A stretch of 64,000 nucleotides of DNA from NCBI GenBank assembly GCA_026395595.1, contig JAPLYL010000004.1:8086-72085 (forward strand), given 5' to 3'. A model generated the notes under the pieces. That model was not told the origin of the DNA. It ran no database searches and saw only the letters and a list, made by a program, of their open reading frames with translations. The stretch is from Candidatus Parcubacteria bacterium. GTDB lineage: Bacteria; Patescibacteriota; Minisyncoccia; Phycocordibacterales; CAIJYI01. Numbering within the stretch: the stretch's first letter is position 1; the number at the start of each line of letters is the position of its first letter. The translations under genes and the position numbers were made by a program. This document shows positions 37,427 through 45,058 of this stretch, piece by piece.

Positions 37427-38803
37427 TTAAAAGCCGTCAAAATCTCCTCCGCCGGTAGCCATGCCTGCGGGCATGTTTTGATCAATATCAACAAAGGATG
37501 TTTTATCGCCGTCAAAGTAGAGGTCTACTTTTCCGGTGGCGCCGTTTCTGTGCTTTTCTATGAGTATTTCGGCGTTTTGCTTTTTACCCGCGCCGTCTTC
37601 ATTCTGCTCGCGATGAATGAATAAGACAACGTCCGCGTCCTGCTCAATAGATCCGGAATCGCGGAGGTCGGAGAGCCTCGGTTTGCCACCTCGCTGTTCA
37701 ACCGCACGGGAGAGCTGTGAGAGGGCAAGAACGGGAACATCAAGCTCTCTGGCGAGTCCTTTGAGACCACGGGAAATTTCGGTGACTTGCTGAACCATGT
37801 TATCTATATTTCGTCCCGCGCTCATGAGCTGGAGATAGTCCACGATAATCAGACCGAGCCCGTGTTCGCTTTTAATGCGCCGTGCCGTAGACCTCATTTT
37901 TATAATCGTATTTCCCGCCTGGTCATCAATGAATATCGGCGCTTTTTGTAGACGTCCCATAGCGTCACGGATATGAGAAAATTCATCGTCGGAAGTAATT
38001 TTTCCTGTTCGGATTTTCCATGAGTCTACTTGTGACTCAGCGGAGAGCATACGGTCAACGAGCTGTTGCGCACTCATTTCCAATGAAAAAATACAAATGG
38101 GAACACCCGAAAGAGCAGACTTTCTTGCGATGTCCAAAGCGAGTGATGTTTTTCCCATGGAGGGACGGGCAGCAAGAATGATAAGGTCGGACTTTTGAAA
38201 ACCGGCGAGCTTCGCGTCCAATCCTTTGAACCCGGTGGGTATTCCGCGCAATTCTTCTTTTGATTTTGTTAGACGATCAAGACGATCCCATGCGTCGTTG
38301 AGGGTATCCTTCATGCTGACATATTTCTGATTGGAGAGCATGGAAGTTACCGCGAAGATTTCCTTTTCGGAGTGATCAAGCGTTGTTTCTAATTCTTCCG
38401 CTTCGTTGTAGCCATATTCTGAAACGCGATTGGAAGCATCTATGAGATTGCGAAGCACGTATTTTTTTTGCACGACGTCGGCGTAATGTTTTGCGTTGGC
38501 GGAGGAAGGAACGGAATTGACCAACTCGGCGAGATACGAACTCGCGCCGATACTTTCCAAAAGATTTTTGTCTTTGAGTGCATTGGAAAGAGTAAGAAGG
38601 TCAATCGGCTCATGCTTGCCGAAGAGATCCATAATGGCGTTGAAGATAATCCGATGCTTTTCTGCATAGAAAGATTCATGACGGAGGATATCCATAATAT
38701 CGTACAAAGCTTCCGGTCGGAGCATAATGGAACCGAGCAATGCCTTTTCGGATTCAATGCTTTGTGGCGGTATTCTAAACGTGCTGTTTTTGTTCTGTGA
38801 CAT
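37427..38803 (-). CDS. dnaB: Replicative DNA helicase DnaB
   Basis: N-terminal DnaB domain (SIESEKALLGSIML), Walker A GARPSMGKTS, RecA-like C-domain; no intein. Confidence 0.9.
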   Translation of the reverse strand: MSQNKNSTFRIPPQSIESEKALLGSIMLRPEALYDIMDILRHESFYAEKHRIIFNAIMDLFGKHEPIDLLTLSNALKDKNLLESIGASSYLAELVNSVPSSANAKHYADVVQKKYVLRNLIDASNRVSEYGYNEAEELETTLDHSEKEIFAVTSMLSNQKYVSMKDTLNDAWDRLDRLTKSKEELRGIPTGFKGLDAKLAGFQKSDLIILAARPSMGKTSLALDIARKSALSGVPICIFSLEMSAQQLVDRMLSAESQVDSWKIRTGKITSDDEFSHIRDAMGRLQKAPIFIDDQAGNTIIKMRSTARRIKSEHGLGLIIVDYLQLMSAGRNIDNMVQQVTEISRGLKGLARELDVPVLALSQLSRAVEQRGGKPRLSDLRDSGSIEQDADVVLFIHREQNEDGAGKKQNAEILIEKHRNGATGKVDLYFDGDKTSFVDIDQNMPAGMATGGGDFDGF

Positions 38804-38909
38804 GCTGTTATTGTATCACGCGGGCGGGAAGTGGTGGAACTTCAAAAAGCGTGGTAAAAGGGGAGAAATTGTGGACAAAAAAAAGGCCCGATAAAGGGCC
38901 TCTTTGTCA

Positions 38910-39374
38910 TCACTTTATGTGATGTGAATGTGTGATGTATTTTTTGACGTTTTCCATCAATCTCCAATCCCCGGAAAGAATGGACTCGTAAAAATGCAGA
39001 GAATCGTAAGGGGCTTGTTTCTCAATGAATTTGTATTCGTGACAAACTACCTCAAGTCCCAATTGATACTTTTGGCAAAAATAGTCAAGAACGGAAAAAT
39101 GGAGCTGACGCCAACCGTATTCGTTGCGCGTGTATACCAGTTTCCATAATTCTTTTTCCACATTTCCGGTTCCAAGGATTTTGATTTTTATTTCCGAATT
39201 GTCGGGGCCTAAAAATAAGATCCTGAAATTTTCCAGCGGATTTTGAATGGCAAAACCCTCTTTTTCCTGTTTTTCAACAGCCGATGATGTCTGTAAAAAC
39301 CCATGTTGTTTCATAACAAAGTACCTCCTTTTTATTGCGAATGTTTCTTTTATAAAGATTAGGTCAAAAAACAA
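38910..39374 (-). CDS. Hypothetical protein (start possibly at internal ATG 39314)
   Basis: ORF only; no recognisable motif. Confidence 0.35.
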   Translation of the reverse strand: MFFDLIFIKETFAIKRRYFVMKQHGFLQTSSAVEKQEKEGFAIQNPLENFRILFLGPDNSEIKIKILGTGNVEKELWKLVYTRNEYGWRQLHFSVLDYFCQKYQLGLEVVCHEYKFIEKQAPYDSLHFYESILSGDWRLMENVKKYITHSHHIK

Positions 39375-39470
39375 GGCATGTCAAATAAAGAGCACATGAA
39401 AGACTAATGCTCTATAAAGCCATATTTTGTGCATTAAAAAAAGAAAATTGAAAAAAACTTGCAAAAATGC

Positions 39471-39498
39471 TTGACAAATAATTATAAAGGTGTATAAT
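39471..39498 (+). promoter_or_regulatory. Sigma70-like promoter (TTGACA-16-TATAAT)
   Basis: TTGACA 39471-39476, TATAAT 39493-39498. Confidence 0.5.
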
Positions 39499-39504
39499 AT
39501 AATT

Positions 39505-39710
39505 ACAATAAAGGACAACGAACTCCTTATTTGTCAGAGAGAAAGTAGAATAGAAATATAAAAGGTACGAACAGATAGAGTAAGTGGACGCCAGTGCGCA
39601 CTATCACATACTCCGTTAGAGGAATTCTGCTCTCGTCAACCGGTTAGTGGATTGTCCTTGTGTGAGAATCCCCCAACCAAACCACCCCTTGCTTCGGCTG
39701 GGGGTGTTTT
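39505..39710 (+). ncRNA. Candidate ~200-nt structured RNA upstream of tRNA-Ala; class undetermined
   Basis: Between consensus promoter and terminator (cacccc-ttgcttcggct-gggggtg + TTTT); 5' ggacaa pairs with 3' ttgtcc to close a terminal helix; no ORF. Confidence 0.2.
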
Positions 39711-39771
39711 AATTTGCAGATTTTTATAGACTTGTTTCAAAAACTTTGGTATCATTGGTTCACTCTCTATC

Positions 39772-39842
39772 GGGCCTATGGTCTAGTGGTACGACACGTC
39801 ATTCGCATTGACGAAACGGGAGTCCGATTCTCCCTAGGTCCA
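39772..39842 (+). tRNA. tRNA-Ala (anticodon CGC)
   Basis: Cloverleaf folds: acceptor GGGCCTA/TAGGTCC with G3:U70 Ala identity pair, anticodon loop TTCGCAT, T-arm GGGAG-TCCGATT-CTCCC, discriminator A; followed by terminator hairpin aaaaatcgcttcggcgattttttt. Confidence 0.8.
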
Positions 39843-39913
39843 CAAGAAAAATCGCTTCGGCGATTTTTTTTGTGGAAAAAAAGACCCGCAGAGCATGCGG
39901 GTCTTTTGCATTT

Positions 39914-40942
39914 TTAGAAGAAAATGCGAACGCGGGTCATTATGGCGTTGTCGGTTATTTCCGGGCCTTGCGTTGTTTTTGTGTTTGAATGAGAAAGGTT
40001 AATGGAGACAGAAGAACCTCCGAATCGGCCGTATCCGCCTTCTTTTGGAAGGATTAAGCTTGGTCCGGCGGAATAGCTGGTGTAGTCAGTATCTCCAACC
40101 GTTTTATTGAACATTCCCATGACACGAAGATCAAGTTTGTGGCCTTCCATACTCCAGAGTTTGTAGTCGGCGAGTACGTACCCTCCATTGCCGATACTCG
40201 TTTTTCCTCCTCGCGGATGTTCGTCGCTTCGGTAGATGCCGCCGTAGAGATCAAAGTCTTTTGTCGCTCGGTACATGGCGCCAAAAGCGATTCTTTGCGA
40301 TTCATTGCTCCATTGATTTGAAACCGATAATTGCAACTTTGGTCGTCCTGTTTCGTTATCTTTTACCGCATCCCAGATAAGACGTTGTGAAGTTTCTGTC
40401 CGATCAAATCTTTTTGGGTCATTAAACGCAGGGCCGGTTGCTCCCGTTATATCTCCGACAAAAGTAAGGCTGGGCATAATTTTTGTTTCAAATTGTATGC
40501 CGTAACCGAAAGGTTGGAACGGGTTATTTGGACTTTCAATAGAGATAGCCATAAAGGCAGGAGGAAGATATAACCCGCCGGCAGTTATGAGTGATCCCGC
40601 GCGAACTGTCGTATTGGAAAAAAAGTTTCCGATCAACCCTTCTTTTCCGAAATTATATCCGACCCAAGCTTGGGTTATATAGTTGGCCGGAATACGACTG
40701 TCCAAACCAGAAAGGTCATTCTCCATAAAAAACGAGAATTTTTTATAGGTACAGCTGGTGCGTGCGCGGATAGGGGCTCCCATAAAATCTTGTTCTGGGC
40801 CGACCGTAAAACTGGCATATCCCCAGATGGAACATTGCGCGTCTCCCGATTTGAAAAACGGTTCGTTTTGATCATTGGCAAAAGCCGAAGATGAAAAGAG
40901 AAACGCAAGCAGGAAACTTATTGCGATTTTTTTAAGAGCCAT
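39914..40942 (-). CDS. Putative outer-membrane beta-barrel (porin-like) protein
   Basis: Signal peptide MALKKIAISFLLAFLFSSSAFA, alternating amphipathic beta-strand pattern rich in G/Y/N/S, C-terminal ...RVRIFF ending in Phe. Confidence 0.55.
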   Translation of the reverse strand: MALKKIAISFLLAFLFSSSAFANDQNEPFFKSGDAQCSIWGYASFTVGPEQDFMGAPIRARTSCTYKKFSFFMENDLSGLDSRIPANYITQAWVGYNFGKEGLIGNFFSNTTVRAGSLITAGGLYLPPAFMAISIESPNNPFQPFGYGIQFETKIMPSLTFVGDITGATGPAFNDPKRFDRTETSQRLIWDAVKDNETGRPKLQLSVSNQWSNESQRIAFGAMYRATKDFDLYGGIYRSDEHPRGGKTSIGNGGYVLADYKLWSMEGHKLDLRVMGMFNKTVGDTDYTSYSAGPSLILPKEGGYGRFGGSSVSINLSHSNTKTTQGPEITDNAIMTRVRIFF

Positions 40943-41064
40943 GAGCCCTCCTTTTTAGTGAAGTTGCTTTGATATTCTGTTGTGTACTATAATAGATGTT
41001 TTGTTAAAAGTCAAATTATTTTCCCTCCACAAAAAGTTCTTCTTGGTGTATTCTAAAGAGTATC

Positions 41065-41640
41065 ATGCATTCGTTATTTATTTCCTCTTTAATTTTTTGG
41101 AAACCGCTTGGTTATACGCTGACGTTCTTCGCTTTAATGATAGAAGGAGATGCGACCTTGTTTGCCGCCGCTTTTCTTACGAGCGAGGGCTTTTTTGATA
41201 TCGGCGACATGCTGGTTATCGCGATTCCGGCAGTTATCATCGGCGATATTGTTTGGTATTTTTTAGGTAGGAATGGTATTTCTAAATTTCCGAAATTGAA
41301 AGCGTGGGCGGATAATTTTGCAAAGCCGGTTGATCGGCATCTTACCGATCGGACGTTTCAGACGCTTTTGATTACCAAATTTACCTACGGCGCCCATCAC
41401 GCGATACTTCTTCGCGCGGGTATGTCTCGGATACATTTCCGAAAATTCATAAAAAATGATATCTTGGCGGTCAGTGTTTGGTTTCCCGTCATTTGGTCTT
41501 TGGGGTACTTTTCCAGCATTTCTCTCGTCTTCATACGAAGGTCTTTGCGTTTTGCGGAGGTGTCTCTCTTAATCGGTCTCGTCCTCTTCTTCGGAATCCG
41601 TTATCTTGCGCGCAAACGAATGCAAAAAGATCTCCGTTAA
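41065..41640 (+). CDS. DedA / SNARE-associated (VTT-domain) family membrane protein
   Basis: Characteristic DedA topology and G-rich motif region (FLGRNGI); 191 aa. Confidence 0.7.
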   Translation: MHSLFISSLIFWKPLGYTLTFFALMIEGDATLFAAAFLTSEGFFDIGDMLVIAIPAVIIGDIVWYFLGRNGISKFPKLKAWADNFAKPVDRHLTDRTFQTLLITKFTYGAHHAILLRAGMSRIHFRKFIKNDILAVSVWFPVIWSLGYFSSISLVFIRRSLRFAEVSLLIGLVLFFGIRYLARKRMQKDLR

Positions 41641-41703
41641 ATTATTTATTGCTTTTTCTCTTTAATGGTTTTATGATAGCTGTTACTATTTAATTTCATT
41701 TTT

Positions 41704-43014
41704 ATGGGCCATCAAAATACGGCAGGATCGGAACCGAAGAAATTTCTTTTTATCAGTGTAGAGGCTCTCGCCGTTGACCTCGCATGGCAGTTGGCGAAAG
41801 AAGGGAACGAAGTGAAAATGTATATCCGCGATAATGCCTCAAAAGACATTGCGGACGGGTTTGTTGAAAAAGTGGACGAATGGGCCACTTTTGTTGACTG
41901 GGCGGATGTGATTGTGATTGATAGTTGCGGACGAGGAGCCCTCGCTGATGACTTGCGTCGAAAAGGGAAACTCGTTGTCGGCGGAAGCGTCTATTCAGAC
42001 AAATTGGAAATGGATCGCGAGTTCGGACAGGAAGAAATGAAAAAAGCCGGCATGACGGTTTTGCCTCACTGGGAATTTGATGATTTTGACGAAGGCATTC
42101 AATTCATAGAAACGCACCCGATGCGTTATGTGTTTAAACCTTCCGGCGAAGAAACTTTGGACTGGTATCTCAAGAGCTTGCTTTTTCTCGGACAAGAAGA
42201 AGACGGCAAAGACATTCTCGCCGTTTTGAAGCACAACAAAGACAGTTGGTCGCAGAAGATAAAACAATTTCAATTGCAGAAATTCGCTACCGGCATTGAA
42301 GTGGCGGTCAGCGCTTTTTTTAATGGAAATGATTTTGTGTATCCGATTAATGTTAACTTTGAACACAAAAAATTATTCTCCGGAGATATCGGGCCGTACA
42401 CCGGAGAAATGGGGACCCTCATGTACTGGGACGATACGAATAATCTTTTCAAGTCCACTTTGTTCCGCATGCGCGATCGGCTTCACGAAAGTAAATATGT
42501 CGGCTGCATAGATATCAATTGCATTGTCAACGGAAAGGGAATTTATCCGCTCGAATTTACGACGCGTTTCGGCTATCCGACTATCAGCATTATGATAGAG
42601 GGGATTCAAAGCCCGTGGGGAGAATTTTTGTACGCGCTGGCTAAAGGAGAAAAATATAAACTCAAAACACACAAAGGCTTTCAGGTAGGGATTGTTATTG
42701 CTACTCCGCCGTTTCCTTATTACGACAAGGAACAATTCAAAATGTACAAAGATACTTCCATTATTTTCAAAAAACCGAATTTTAACGGGATTCATCTTGG
42801 TGATGTGAAGCTGGTGGATAATGACTGGAAACTGACCGGTGATGCGGGCTATGCGCTTATCGTAACCGGTTCGGATAATACGGTTGAGGGGGCGAGGAAA
42901 GAAGCGTACCACCGCATTGATAACATCATTTTGCAGAATATGTTTTATCGTACCGATATTGGCTCAAAGTGGGGGAAAGAGAGCGACGAACTGCAAGCAT
43001 GGGGACTGCTGTAA
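41704..43014 (+). CDS. ATP-grasp enzyme related to phosphoribosylamine-glycine ligase (PurD-like)
   Basis: N-terminal Rossmann-like pre-ATP-grasp, GDIGPYTGEMGTLMYW resembling PurD GPNTGGMGAY loop; no other pur genes nearby. Confidence 0.5.
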   Translation: MGHQNTAGSEPKKFLFISVEALAVDLAWQLAKEGNEVKMYIRDNASKDIADGFVEKVDEWATFVDWADVIVIDSCGRGALADDLRRKGKLVVGGSVYSDKLEMDREFGQEEMKKAGMTVLPHWEFDDFDEGIQFIETHPMRYVFKPSGEETLDWYLKSLLFLGQEEDGKDILAVLKHNKDSWSQKIKQFQLQKFATGIEVAVSAFFNGNDFVYPINVNFEHKKLFSGDIGPYTGEMGTLMYWDDTNNLFKSTLFRMRDRLHESKYVGCIDINCIVNGKGIYPLEFTTRFGYPTISIMIEGIQSPWGEFLYALAKGEKYKLKTHKGFQVGIVIATPPFPYYDKEQFKMYKDTSIIFKKPNFNGIHLGDVKLVDNDWKLTGDAGYALIVTGSDNTVEGARKEAYHRIDNIILQNMFYRTDIGSKWGKESDELQAWGLL

Positions 43015-43125
43015 AAGCAAAAAGAAAAAAGGAAAAAGAAAAAAGGTGACAGATACTCATTGTTCGATTCTGTCTTTTTGTCGGGGGTTTTTCGGGGGTT
43101 TTTTTATTATCCGTTTTTTGTTACA

Positions 43126-44106
43126 ATGACCGATATGACAAAGAAAATTTTAATTTCGGGGGTGAAGCCTACCGGGAGGCCTCATATTGGCAACTACTTC
43201 GGCGCGATGAAGCAATTTGTGGATTTGCAGGATGAATACGAGGCGCGTATTTTTATTGCCGATTATCATGCGATTACAACGGTGCAGAACGCGGAACAGC
43301 TTTCTCGTCATACGATTGATATGGCGCTTGATTATCTTGCTATCGGAATTGATCCCGTGAAAACTCTTCTTTTCAAACAATCTGATATTCCGGAGGTCTG
43401 CGAACTCGGCTGGATCTTTAATTGCATTACTACCATGCCGTTTTTGATGCGTGCTCATGCGTACAAAGATGCCGAAGCAAAAAACAAAGAGATTAATGTG
43501 GGGGTCTTTGATTATCCGATTTTAATGGCTGCCGATATTCTTGTGCAGAATGCCGATGTTGTCCCTGTGGGACAAGACCAAAAACAACATGTGGAATATG
43601 CGCGCGATATTGCCGAAAAATTTAATCGTACTTTTGGCGATATTTTCAAATTGCCTAACGCTCTTATCTACGAAAACGTGAAAACCGTCGTCGGCACGGA
43701 CGGACAGAAAATGAGTAAGAGTTATGGCAATACCATTCCGCTTTTTGCAACCGATGAGGAAATTCAAAAAGCCGTTATGGGAATACCGACTAATTCGCAG
43801 GGAGTAGCGGAGCCGAAAGATCCTGATACCGATAACATCTTCGCTTTTCATAAATTGTTTGCCGATGAAAAAGAGATTACGGAAATAGAAAAACGATATA
43901 GAGAGGGAGGGTTAGGGTATAAGGAATCAAAAGATATTCTTATTGCCAACATGAAAAGGTTTATCTCTCCGCTCCGAGAAAAAAGAGAAGAATTTGCAAA
44001 AGACGAAGAAATGATCAGAAGTATTCTTAGAGAAAACGGAAAGAAAGCGCGAGAACTGGCACACCAGAAAATGGAAGAAGTGAGGAAAGCGGTGGGAATA
44101 GTGTAA
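43126..44106 (+). CDS. trpS: Tryptophanyl-tRNA synthetase
   Basis: GVKPTGRPHIGNY (HIGH-class), KMSKS motif, class-Ic core; start at ATG 43126 or 43135. Confidence 0.9.
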   Translation: MTDMTKKILISGVKPTGRPHIGNYFGAMKQFVDLQDEYEARIFIADYHAITTVQNAEQLSRHTIDMALDYLAIGIDPVKTLLFKQSDIPEVCELGWIFNCITTMPFLMRAHAYKDAEAKNKEINVGVFDYPILMAADILVQNADVVPVGQDQKQHVEYARDIAEKFNRTFGDIFKLPNALIYENVKTVVGTDGQKMSKSYGNTIPLFATDEEIQKAVMGIPTNSQGVAEPKDPDTDNIFAFHKLFADEKEITEIEKRYREGGLGYKESKDILIANMKRFISPLREKREEFAKDEEMIRSILRENGKKARELAHQKMEEVRKAVGIV

Positions 44107-44156
44107 AAGCAAAAAGAATAAAGCAAAAAGGAAAAAGGGAAAGGACGTCGTCGTCC

Positions 44157-44485
44157 GTCCGCCGGGCCGAGTCCGCCAGCTGGCGGACTCGGCCCGGAAT
44201 GTTTGGATGACTCTCTCCGGTTCGGGGTTGTACCCCGAACCGGAACGTTTGGATAACATAATAAAGTTTGTTTAAAAAAAGAACCTCGTCTGGTCACACA
44301 AACGTTCCGGAACGGGGTGAGGAATGGGTAGGGACCCCTTCCGTAAAACCTTTTGAGAGATTTTATGAGGTGAGAGATGGGATGGGACCCATCTTGTAAA
44401 ACCTTCTTTAGATATTTTGTGAGGTACGAACAAAAATATCAAAAAGGTGTACTGCTTCTGTAAGGAGAAACCCCGCTCCGGCGGT
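44157..44485. repeat. ~330-bp GC-rich structured insertion inside an A-rich terminator hairpin, bounded by 12-bp direct repeats
   Basis: Direct repeats ACGTCGTCGTCC at 44145-44156 and 44486-44497; inverted CCGCCGG/CCGGCGG just inside; contains 36-nt perfect palindrome (44162-44197), repeat copy A, and a tandem ~45-nt duplication (44322-44420). Confidence 0.5.
44217..44317. repeat. Structured ~100-nt repeat element, copy A
   Basis: ccggttcgggg-ttgta-ccccgaaccgg hairpin, then ccggaacgtttg...caaacgttccgg 12-bp long-range inverted repeat; second copy at 48910-49028. Confidence 0.6.
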
Positions 44486-44619
44486 ACGTCGTCGTCCCTT
44501 TTTTCTTGTTGCTTATTCCTTTTTCCTTCATTCTCCACTTGAAGGTGTTGCATTTTTCCTATTATCGTGGCATACTACTCTCGGTACAAATTGGTACTTT
44601 TTTATTTGAGGAGATTCTC

Positions 44620-44718
44620 ATGTTTTATACTTTGTCATTGGTGGTTATTGCCGTTGCTGTTGTTATCTTGTTTTGGTGGATTTCTTCCGTTCAAGAAAAA
44701 AATAACGGCCCCTTCTAA
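44620..44718 (+). CDS. Possible 32-aa single-TM peptide
   Basis: GAGGAG Shine-Dalgarno 8 nt upstream of ATG; hydrophobic MFYTLSLVVIAVAVVILFWWI; could instead be part of the aspS leader RNA. Confidence 0.25.
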   Translation: MFYTLSLVVIAVAVVILFWWISSVQEKNNGPF

Positions 44719-44789
44719 ATACTTCATGCGCTCGTCTCTATGACGGGCGCATTTTTGCATATTTTTTAAAATGTGCTACAATCTTTTTA

Positions 44790-44932
44790 CAAGCGTTGAC
44801 GTCACTAACAAGACCGAGCTTGAAGCAAAAGAGGGGTCATGCAAGTCATGACAAGTATGGTGGCACCGCGAGTAACATCGTCCATACAAGTGAATTTACG
44901 GAAGTAAGTTCGTTTGTATGGGCGATTTTTTG
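44790..44932 (+). promoter_or_regulatory. T-box-like riboswitch leader/attenuator upstream of aspS
   Basis: ATGGTGGCACCGCGAG (44857-44873) matches T-box consensus AGGGUGGNACCGCG with UGGC bulge complementary to tRNA-Asp GCCA end; terminator cgtccatacaa...ttgtatgggcg + ATTTTTT (44879-44932); aspS ATG 127 nt downstream. Confidence 0.5.
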
Positions 44933-45058
44933 TCTCATGTAAATAGAGTAAAATAGCCCCAAGGTCTCTCCTTTCCCCGTCACTCCGCTTCGCTACGTTC
45001 CTCCTTAAGGAAAGACCTTGCAATGCGATATGTAATAATTAAGTATAAATAAACGATT

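Noticed and set aside
44322-44420. Possible CRISPR-like array (two ~45-nt units containing GTAAAACCTT)
   Set aside because: Only two tandem, imperfect units with no unique spacers and no cas genes; interpreted as an internal duplication of the MITE-like element.
43848-44553. Minus-strand ORFs of 149, 110 and 93 aa spanning the trpS 3' end and the repeat insertion
   Set aside because: They overlap trpS antisense and run through palindromic repeat sequence; translations are low-complexity (poly-Phe/Ser); artefacts of the GC-rich repeats.
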